A DNA stretch of 57,822 bases, filler included, from Globobulimina sp. (taxonomy: Eukaryota): NCBI GenBank assembly GCA_003354225.1. It is 7 parts of 7 records of this genome, joined end to end, with 100 filler letters (N's around TTAATTAATTAA, not from the genome) between each part and the next. Parts side by side here need not be neighbours in the genome. Positions count along the whole stretch, not along the records: positions 41,525 to 49,630 come from PIVH01000095.1; positions 49,731 to 57,822 come from PIVH01000096.1; 5 more parts are not named here. One strand, 5' to 3'. Shown in pieces: positions 47,501-57,822 of this stretch. The notes under the pieces are model-generated. The model searched no databases, was not told the origin of the DNA, and saw nothing but the letters and a program-made list of their open reading frames with translations. Each line of letters begins with the position of its first letter. The first letter of the stretch is position 1. The position numbers were made by a program, and so were the translations under genes.

Positions 47501-49630
47501 CATTGTGGCTGGCTGCGACTTCAACCAAAAAGACACTCTGTGCGCTTTGAATCGCGACCCGGAGGAACCGCTTTGCGGCGCCTGTTTGCCGCCGTACACC
47601 GAAACCTCCTCAGCCTCCGGGGCCTGCGGTATGTGCGGACCCTACTCGTCGTTGATATTTTTATTACCGGGTTTGTTGGGCTTTTTGTTGGTGCTATATT
47701 TCCTGAAAAAACTATCGAAAAAGAAGCAGGATATCCCGCATCCTTTGGTGGTATACGTAGTGCGCAGTGTATTATTCGTATATCAGTTATTGCCAATATT
47801 AACCTTTCAGTCTTCCTCCGCGATATTCCAACCATTAGCTTCGTTCAGTAACTTCGAAATCGATTTGAGTGCAACGAGCAGCGACGGAGCAGGCAGTTGT
47901 TACTTACAAGAGTTAGGGCCGAGGGACAAGATCGGAGTTGGCTTGGTGCCCTCCTTCATATTGTTGACGCAGTTACTGATCTTATACATTGCGTATAGAC
48001 TCAAATTGAAATGCAAGCCTTCGGCCAGTTGGACGGAAGCAGACAGCAAGAAATGGAATTTGGCCTTTTACCAAACCTTCTGGCAATTGGGCATAATGCT
48101 GTATGCCAAGGCCACAGCGTCGCTGTTGAAGTTATCCGACTGTCGGCCAGTGGGCGACTACGGACTGCGAATGTGGTACGGCGGCTACATAAAATGACCA
48201 GACCTGTACCACGGCGTGGCCTGGTTCCTGTTGGCTGTCATGTTCCTGATCCCTTTCTTTGTGGTTTATATATTGCGGCGCGAATACCACTCCCATCATG
48301 ACGGCAAAGGATGGAAGCATCTACGCAAGAAATACCCCGCTTTGGTGATGCCATATCGCAGGGATAAATATTGGTATTCTGCGTGGAATTTGGCGCGCAG
48401 ATTCATATTAATTGGCATCGCCTCGATACCGACCAAGCGGCCCGATTACAGTGCGAGTGCCTTGGCTGTGGTGGTGGGCTTTGTCTTAGGTTTCCACGTA
48501 TTTTGCCGCCCGTTTTACCACGAATTGAACAACAAATTGGAAACATTTTGCCTGTTTTGCGCATTTGGAGTGTCGATATTGAATATTATGCTGAACAAAC
48601 CTGCATTCTATGCGATAGTGACTGCCTCGTTAGCCTTTGCACCGTTGGTCCCAATCATATTTTTAATGTACGCGTTCTTCACAGATAAGTTGCCGTTTAC
48701 AGTGGCGATCACAAAGGACGAATATGTGGACGATACGCCTGCATTTTTCAACAAGCCGCGCAAAACTACGCGGATTGAAGACTTCCAACGGGTACAGACC
48801 ATCAAACAGCAGAAACGCGAAAACGATGCGGCTCTGAAAACGTTTCGAATTTGGAGCAAGACCAATTTCCACATCATCCGCAAAGATGACTTGCTTGACG
48901 AAGTTGGCGTGGATGCGTACGGCAAAAGCAGTGGGCGCTCCGTTGACGAGGAAGAGGAGTTTTACCCCACCGACGACGATCAAACATGGAGCGGCCACTC
49001 GCAGCTAACCCCCACCGCGGACGGCGATTTTATTGACGAGGAGTTGGATGAACGCACATTGTGGCAGGTACTGACCGGGCAGAAATTCGATATGATTGGG
49101 GATGAGGAAGAGAGCCTGAATGACATTCTGAGCGACGACTCTTCGAAATCATCGGAATTGCAGGATAATGAAACTAAAGTTGGCGAGGACTCGGATGACG
49201 CAGACGACCATGTAAACGATTACTTCTTTCACAAGAAACACAAAGGCGTCACAAAGGAGACGTCGTTGTTTGGCGGGAAACTCAAATTCAAGCAAGGCTT
49301 GAAAGCGCAGAAGAAAATATTGAAAGAGCAGCGTGAAATGGTGAAGCAAGCCAAGAAGTTGCGGGCGAAGCAGGAAAAGGAAAAACTAAAACAGCTGATC
49401 CGGGGCCCTTCGTTCAAGAAAGTGCGCGGTAAAGGCCGTGGGCGCAGCACTGCGGGCAATGCGAGCGATGCCTATTTCGACGAAACCATCGGTTTGAGCG
49501 ACGATGAAGGGGCTACGGTGGGTGGCCACGGCACCACTTTGCGCGGTATAGGCAGCAGCATACAGTTAGCGGGCCTGGGCCGTAACGAAGACGATGTTGA
49601 AGACTTTCTGGATATGGATGGCGGGGAGGA
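41529..49630 (+). CDS. Giant Pmp-like (GGAI/FxxN beta-helix repeat) membrane protein with PA-like domain, PT linkers, Cys-rich stalk and multi-TM C-terminus; one in-frame TGA at 48195-48197; truncated at both ends
   Basis: Repeated GGAIY and FxxN; KGVLLFTNSTC..GVRAVII; CTPCSAGTY, CPPGVCC and LCGAC. TM helices continue in the same frame after the TGA. Confidence 0.8.
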
Positions 49631-49730
49631 NNNNNNNNNNNNNNNNNNNNNNNNNNNNNNNNNNNNNNNNNNNNTTAATTAATTAANNNNNNNNNNNNNN
49701 NNNNNNNNNNNNNNNNNNNNNNNNNNNNNN

Positions 49731-52700
49731 ATCGACAAGAAACACCTCATACTAGCGAAACTGAAGCTCAAGTAGCCAAAGAAAGCGAAAAGTTGAGTGT
49801 GTCCGAAATGATTCAAGCGCTGGATGAACCAGGACAACCAGTTCGAGCCATTAATTCCGATCTCAGTCAGTCAATGGAGCGACCAAATCAACCAAGTACA
49901 ATTGAAGCGGTCGACCCTCAAGCTTTGAGTCCGCAAGAGAAACGAGCGCTCAGTCGCGAAGTGGAAATGCTACGGAGAGATGAAGTCTTACGGTTACAAA
50001 ATGAAGCCCGGCTTTCTGTGTTACGAAAACGAAAAGCTGAAGGAAAAAGCACCACTAGTTCAACCGAGGACGAGCCAAGTTCCAGTGGACCCAGACCTAG
50101 AAGGTTATTTACTGAACCAGACGAATCGGACCGATCTGTATCAACCCCCGTAGAATCAGTATCACCTACTGGAGAACTGTTGGAATCAATGAATGATGAC
50201 GAAATTCCTCCAGAACTTCGATCAACAGTTGAACTAATCGATGATACATGGGACGATGATGCAAGTGATCAATCCCGGATTTTTACACAAGTTAGAGAAC
50301 CAACCGATACGCAGTCACCCGACTATCGAAATGTGCCAGAATCAACGAGTCCGGTGTCTTCGCCTGATTACAGTCAACCAGCAGCATTCGGAACCGATCG
50401 AGTGAACCCCCCACGGCGACTCCCATCACATAACACTCCTAACCCCCCGGACGTATTGACGCATGAGGAAAGAAGGAGAATTGATGCTGGTTACACTTGG
50501 GAGGAGCTTTACGAAGAACGGTATGAATTGTTGGTACGTCGCTTACGCGACTTGGAAGAAGAAAAACAAACCCACGAAAACATGAATCTTGAAATTGTTC
50601 AAGCTTATGAAGAGAGAGCAACAACAGCCGAAGAAGTGGCCGAAACGTATCGTAATATGTATCAAGGAAATCAAGAAGAAATCGGTAAGAAAGACGACGA
50701 AGTGACTCGGTTGCATCAACAACTGGAAGGATGGCAACGTCGATATCAAACAGTTCGACAAGAAATCGGCGACAAGTTGAAAACTGAAGAAGCTAAAATA
50801 GCCCGACTAATCGAGGAAGCAACTCAGGCAGCTCGTCGTCAACTCCAAGCCGAACATGAAAAGGAATGGAGAATCGACCGAGAACAATGGCATCAAACCG
50901 AGAAAGAAGTTGACCAAGACCGACAAGATGAAATGGAAGCTGAACGGAAAAGGAGTCGTCAACACCGAATGATACAAAAAGAACGTCACGAAACAAGTAT
51001 GACTGAAATGCGACGAGAAGCCTCCGGTGAAGTTAATCGACTTCGAGATCAACTCAAAAGCTGGCAAGATGAATTGCATACCACCGCGTATAGGGAGACT
51101 CAATTAGCTGAAGTTAACCAACGTCTCAAAGAGGAACTCGTGCAAAACAATCGTGACCATGAAGCCGCGATGGCTGAAACTCGAGAAAGGACTTACGGTG
51201 AAATCAATCGACTCAAGGAACAAAATCACGAAGCAGCAAATTTGGCACAACGGCTCAGAAATCGTATTGAACGCGAACAAGAATACCGAGAAAACGAAAA
51301 TCACATTTTTGAACAGGAACGAAACGAACACGCACGGGTACTTCAAGAAAATCAAACTTTGAAGACCATGCAGGAAATGAACCCTGAACGGACGGAAGCA
51401 ATCGCAGCCGAAAATACTGCTTTATTAGTTGAAAATGAAGGGTTGCGTAATCACATTCAAGCCCTCGAAGAAGAGCCACCGAATCGCATGGAAGAAGACC
51501 GTCTCTGACGGCGAGTGGCCGAATTAGAAGCTCAACAAGTAGTGTATCCTGAACTGGAAGAGGCAGCTCAACGTGAAAGAGCAGAAATGCAAGTTCAGAA
51601 CGAAGCATTACAAAATCAAATCCGAATATTGGAAGAACGAGTAGAAGAAGTCGACCCTTTTGAACTCAGATTTTATCGTCGCCGATGTGAAGAATTGTCT
51701 GGCATTCTGAGAAGAGTCGATGAAGGTGGACTAACGGAACTGCAAGAAGCACGAGAAAGCCTACGGGAAGTTGACCTGATCAATCAACAACCGTCCGAAG
51801 CAGAACGTGCGGGCTTACGCCCTTTTCGAGCAGCCGAAGGTGGAACCGGAGAACGAAGAATTCGGACCGCTACCGACAATCTACCCATAACTACTGGTAT
51901 TCGAACCGACCAAGGACCACCCTTAGAAGAAATGGAAAGTGAAACGGTTTTCCGACCAATAGAACGCCAAGAACTAGAAGAGGATCGAGACGAAGAAGAG
52001 GAGGATTCTGACGAACATAGTCATACTAGTACAGCCGTAAGGAGACCTCGTGGTGTAGTGCCGAGGGACGCCTCGCCGAGGATGGACTCAACCGAACGAA
52101 TTGACAGAAGAAGGGAGCGAAATGCAGGTTTTGAGTTGGACAGTGAACATGTAGAGGAACAAGGATCGACATGTGGTCATTTTAATCGACGAACGAATGT
52201 TGAAGAAAGATCACCACAACTTGATGTGCAATACACTCAAATGAGAACCCAAATGCAAAACATGTATCAAGTTATGCAAGCCCAACAGCAACGAATAAAC
52301 GAACTCGAGGAAGATCAAAGGTACCGATTTCATGCACTCGGCAGACAAGGGGCAGAATCTCAATACACAAGAGTACCGGATACTCCAGTTTTCCAACGAC
52401 AGAATGCCGGACTTCAAGCCCCCGATAGCGGAAATTTTAATCGACCTAATACTGAACAAGGAGAAAATACATTGCCTCGACCCCAACCAGTATACGAACC
52501 GGAATGGCAACGTCGAGAAAATGAAGACCGAATGCGTCAAGAAGCAGTCTTACGACTGAGAGAACAGCAAGAACTGCTTACTAATCGAAGACCGGCCTCT
52601 GGAATAGCAGCAGCCGAACAAAGACGCCAAACGGTACGAAATGTAGTAAACGGAAATGAAGGAAATGAACCAAGTCAGCGACCCCCGAGACAACGGACAA

Positions 52701-55700
52701 ATGTACCCAGACAAACATGTTGTCCCGAGGAGAATGTCGCGCCAAACAGACGACCACCCCCTGGAGGTGGACCCCCTGGTGGACCCGGTGGAGGCGGAGG
52801 TGGACCCCCTGGTGGACCTTACGGAGGACCTTACGGTCCTGGACCGGACAGAATTCCTGAAGAAACCGGAAGAGGAGCCGCGGGCGGATCGCAATCTCGA
52901 ACCTCAGCCCCCGCAGCCACACAAGTCACACCCACACCATCTCGAACCTGTCAGCCTGAACATGGTCCTAATCCAGCAGCTATGTTAGCAACCGCATTAA
53001 ACGAATTTGGACAACAGTTAACTCGACTAAGGGAAAATGATGGACAAGCACCGACTTGGGTAAAATCAGGTCAATTGGTCAAGGAATTCAATCCCACTCG
53101 AGATGACATTAAACAGTGGTTAGCCATTTTCGAATTAATGTGCACTTATTTACATGTAGAAGACGACATCACAAAAATCGCATTTCTAACGACAAAAGTT
53201 CCAGCTGAATGCTTGACAATCATACAAAGTCAACCTGCTGAGGATATGGAAGATTACGATGGAATCAAACGTCTTCTTATCTTACGATATGCTGATCAAA
53301 GAACCCCGGCTGAAAGAATCGAAGAAATCAGCACCTTGAAACAAGGAAACGACACGGTTCAAGAATACGTTCGACGATTTGAATCTACATTAACGAAATG
53401 TTGGCCAAATCGAGCAGCCGAAGCGAACAACCCATTACTCATCAATGCTTTCAAAAATGGCTTAAAACCTCGAGTACGAGCCTGTCTGCGCTTAATGTCA
53501 CAACCCCCGAATGTCACCATTCAAAGAATGTACGCTGATGCTACAAAAGCAGAAACAACCGCTAATGATGCAGACATGAATGTTTTATTTGGAAATGATT
53601 CAAAAACAACAACTCGCCCGGAACGAAAAGTTGAACCTAGATCGGCCCCCGCAACAGTGCCTTTCAGTCGACCGGTACGAACAGAACCTGGAGTTGGACG
53701 AAATCTTTACACCCCGGGGGGGGTAATCAAACCGAACGGATTTATCGAAAATCGAGAAGAATGGAACGTATGGTTGAAAGCTCATGCACCAAATCCAGAT
53801 TTCGCCAGATCAACGGAAGCATTCGACCGAGCTAAACAACGTTACGAGGAATTACAAACCGAATCTCGTCCCGTTTCACCTCGACCCCCCACCCCATTAA
53901 GAAAAATGCGCACAAATGACCCAATCGAAGAACAATCAAAAGAAGGTATGCAAGAAGCAGTCAATCGAGATGTGCTGCCCGACCATTTTAAAAATTTCTA
54001 TGACCTGGTTAACGAAATACATGGAAAAGTAACATGGGAATTATTACAGGATTTTTCCAGCCGCGTCTCGAATGATTTGCTGACAGCGAGACAAGGCGGC
54101 GATCTTCCCAGCAGCTCCGGAGTTGAAGTGCCCAAATCTATTTTGTCTAATAAAACCGAATCTCAATCGAATGTAACCAAAGCACCTGAATCTCAAACCC
54201 CCGACCTTACGGTCGCATCAGAACCAAAAGTAAAGTTCAACAAAGCTGTAAAAAGAATTCACTTCAACGCTGGATTTCAAAACTTGCCATGCCTCGGTCC
54301 TGTAGATACAATCGAAGGAACAGTTTATCAAAAAGATATCAGAATTTTTATCGATAACGGTGCCTCAATGAATATTGCCGGACCAAAGTTAGTCGCCCAT
54401 ATCGCCAGAAGGAGAGGATCAAAAGGTGTTGTTTACCCCCTCGCTAAACCCATCGAAGTACATGGATGGACTAGTCAACTGGATAAACTCACCGAAGTAG
54501 TAACCTTTGATCTCATATATGATGGATGGACTTATCGAATCGTCGCTTATGTTGATATGAATTGTGAACACGAACTCACGCTCGGTCAACCAGGAATTGC
54601 CACCTTACCATTGGGACTGGTTAATTTAAACACTCGAACATTGATCAGTAAGAAACTTCCACAGGATCGACACTATTTCGATTACATGGACGTCCCCGAT
54701 GAAAATGTAGTGGAATTTACTGAAGAATTACCAGAACCAGCAAGCAATTTCGCCACCGATGAATTTCGACAAGACCCTACATTACTCAATCTAATTGACG
54801 ATAAAGATATGGCTGGACTCCGAGTTTCAAATGAAAGAACTCCGGTTTCTTCAGAACAATCAGAAAGAAAATATACTGAATATCCAAATGAATGGCTCGA
54901 ACCAGTCACTTACGATGCATACCCTGTCGAACCAACAAGTGGCAAACCCTACGGCATCCCACAAGTCTCCACTGACCGGCCTAAACCAAAAGATAAGATG
55001 GCCGATGTAATTATTCGAATTGGAGTGGAATCGCAAAAAGTCCGAGCAAGAACGCATTCAACTGCTTGCCAAGCTAACATGGTCGAAGTCGCAACTCCAG
55101 AACTGCCAAAAGAAGAGGGTCCAACAAACGGTCTTACGACCGCACCAAAAGCTAAACAACCCAGAAACACAATAGTGGCTCACTTCAAATTGAGACGACA
55201 AGTAGTCCTTCAACCGGAAACTTCCAAACGAGTCAGAGTGCAATTCGACCAACCAATTTCTAAAGGTAAGGACTTACTTTTTGATCCTAATCCTTCTTTA
55301 GCAGATGAAGATATTGCTTCTCCAACGTCGTTAATACACATTCATCGGAAGGGGGAAAGCATGATCATGTTGGAAAATCCATCAAATTTACCAGTCCTGC
55401 TACCAAAAGGAACAGAGGTTGGCACGGCAGAACCATATCAAACCGTACTAATTCCTACGGAAGAAGAATTAAATAAAAATGAAGGACCTGCTACCAACCA
55501 AACAACCCAAACCGACAATCTGACCGATCAAACCGAAGAAACATTGAAAAACAATGTCGATTTGTTATTAACCGGAGCTCAAAAAGACTATACGGCAGAA
55601 AGCCGAATCTTCAAAATACAGAATATGGCTGTTACCGGCCAATGGACAGAACATACTGCTAAGAAACATCTCCAAACAGCTTTCGCAGCCGAAACTGCTG

Positions 55701-57822
55701 AAAACGCTTATAATAAAACAAGAACAACCTTAGAAGAAGTCTTAAAGCCGTTAACACAAGAAGAGAGATTAGCCAAACTTAAAGAACAGACAGATCTCAG
55801 TCATCTCGAACCGAAACTAGCCGAAAAAGTCATGACATGGATACTTGACCATAATGACTGCTTCAGCCTAAGCAATGATGATCTTGGAGAATGTGAATTA
55901 TTCAAACATGAAATAGACACCGGAGACGCTAAACCAGTACGAATACCAATGAGACGGTTGCCACACGCATTAATCAGTATTGTTGAAGAAGAAATCAAAA
56001 GTCTACTCCAAGCTGGTATCATCCGTCCGTCCTTTAGCGATTGGTGTTCTCCAATTGTCCCCGTCATCAAGAAAGATGGATCAATCCGTGTTTGTGTCGA
56101 TTTTCGAGCTCTCAACAAATTATCTCGACGGGATGAATACCCCCTACCCCGAATCGACGAATTGTTGGACGCAATCGGAGTAATCCGACCAAAATATTTC
56201 TGCAAACTCGACTTCACTAAAGGATTTCATCAAATGAAAATGCATCCCAATAGCATGTGCAAAACAGCTTTCAGATGTCATCTCGGAATGTTCGAATATA
56301 CCCGAGTGCCCTTTGGTGTAACAAACGGACCAGCTACGTTCCAAAGAATGGTACAATTTGTCATTAAAGATATCGACCCCCGTCGAGTCTACAATTATTT
56401 GGACGATATTGTTATCATCGCGGAAACTTGGGACAAAATGAGTCAATTACTCGACCAAGTACTCAAACGACTAGCGGAAGTCAATCTGAAACTCAAACCA
56501 TCAAAATGCGAATGGTGCAAAACCGAAGTCATCTATTTGGGATTTTTAGTCAATGAAAATGGAATTCAAACGGACCCAGAAAAAATCGCTGCCGTAGCAA
56601 AATGGCCAAGACCGACAACAGTCAAACAAGTCCGATCATTTGTTGGTTTTTGCTCATATTATCGACGTTTTGTCTACAATTTTGCCAAAATCGCAGCCCC
56701 TCTTCACAAATTACTCAAAAAGGACTTACCCTTCGAATGGGAAGATGCTCAAGAAATGGCCTTCTTAGAACTCAGGAAACGATTGACTTCAACCCCCGTT
56801 CTAGCCTTTCCAGACTTCGATCGCCCATTCATTCTTGACATCGACGCATCATCAATTGCACTTGGAGCTGTCCTCTACCAAGAAAACGAAAAACTCGAAA
56901 GACACCCCATTGCTTTTGTCAGCCGCTCAACTTTGGATTACGAAGGAAAATACTCAGCAACAGATGTTGAATGCTGTGGACTGGTATTTGCACTCAACAA
57001 ATTATGCGTCTATTTGTACCGTCACCAGGTAATCGTCATAACCGACCATCAAGCTTTACAGTGCCTTCAAAAGACAACTGAATTAAAGGGAAGGTTATAT
57101 CGATGGGCCATGCAAATACAAGAGATCAATCCATTAATAGTTTACCGACCCGGAAGACAAAATGAACCAGCCGATGCTCTCTCTCGAGTGGACCAAGAAT
57201 ACGAAGAACCTAAAGAAGGAGAAGTTCTCGGCATTTCAATGACTCCACTCGAACATGCCCAACCTTATTCGGAACTGATCAAATCGGTACCCACCGGAGG
57301 AGAAAAAGCAATTTTGGCCAGTCGACAAATTCAAGATGATCGACCGCTTAACAGCCGAAGACAACTCCTACAATACCGAGTCCGATCTGTACTTAAATGG
57401 ACTGATGGAAATTACGAAGAAATTCGATCCCCCAAGGCCCAACCTAAAATAGAAACAACAGTGCTCTTACGGGCCCAACAAGAAGCTCAACGAAATTACC
57501 AGCAATTATGAAAGACACGTCAAGTATCTTCCGACAAAACCAACTCAAATCGCAACCAAGAGTCTGAAACAGACGAAGAAATGCCACCTATTCGCATCTA
57601 TCAAATGGCCAAAAATGAACAACGACAAGATGCAGAATTATGCCAAATTATGGACTTTTTAAAAGATAATAAATTACCCACGAAACAAGAAGATGCAGCT
57701 AAAATTGTCAAACTGAGCGATCAATATTTGTTGTATAATGAAGTCTTGTATTACGACAGAAATGAACAATCAGAATATTCACATCAAAACTTCAATATTC
57801 AACCCATGAGAGTCGTAGTACC
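49731..57822 (+). mobile_element. Ty3/Gypsy LTR retrotransposon internal region; LTRs and integrase core lie outside the contig
   Basis: One frame from 49733 to 57822 encodes a coiled coil, Gag CA (about 53050-53570), protease IDNGAS, RT (SPIVPV.KKDGSIRVCVDFRALN, YLDD), RNaseH (DAS, TDH, NEPADALSR) and the pre-integrase linker (Q..D, LYY, RVVVP). Confidence 0.95.
49733..57822 (+). CDS. Gag-Pol polyprotein frame, interrupted only by TGA at 51506-51508 and 57509-57511
   Basis: ORFs 49793-51508 and 51515-57511 and the tail after 57511 share one frame. Confidence 0.85.

Noticed and set aside
48195-57511. Genome-wide TGA reassignment suggested by three in-frame TGAs
   Set aside because: TGA ends several host genes at the expected positions (RasGEF, sulfotransferase), and Trp/Cys/Arg use standard codons elsewhere.

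Overview
The window is not one locus. It is seven contigs of about 8 kb, in descending length order, joined by 100-nt N/TTAATTAATTAA/N linkers: 1-8277, 8378-16602, 16703-24915, 25016-33194, 33295-41424, 41525-49630 and 49731-57822. Contigs 3-6 are gene-dense, AT-rich protist DNA with short (about 55-60 nt) GT-AG introns; a foraminiferan/rhizarian host is my inference from the gene-family repertoire. Their genes include a MAP2K-like kinase, a triple-PH protein, GNA1, RasGEF, an EF-hand protein, a DHRS4-like SDR, a sulfotransferase, a 7TM-RGS protein, lectin and mucin surface proteins, and a giant Pmp-repeat multi-TM protein. Contig 7 is a Ty3/Gypsy element with a very long coiled-coil Gag. Contigs 1 and 2 are the most interesting part: two distinct, apparently intact Ngaro-like tyrosine-recombinase (YR) retrotransposons. 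Each closes into a circle (8232 and 8106 bp) with the order ORF1 > zinc-finger Gag module > RT/RNaseH > YR. In both, ORF1 ends at a phase-1 GT donor, and the Gag, RT and YR frames each carry a phase-1 AG acceptor at or near their 5' end; several lack a usable ATG. This suggests one leader exon is alternatively spliced onto three modules. The element-1 RT also has a SAM-like domain inserted just before YxDD. A 9-7-9 inverted repeat upstream of element-2 ORF1 is a candidate recombinase site. All splicing and domain calls come from reading the sequence by eye and need RNA-seq and HMM confirmation.
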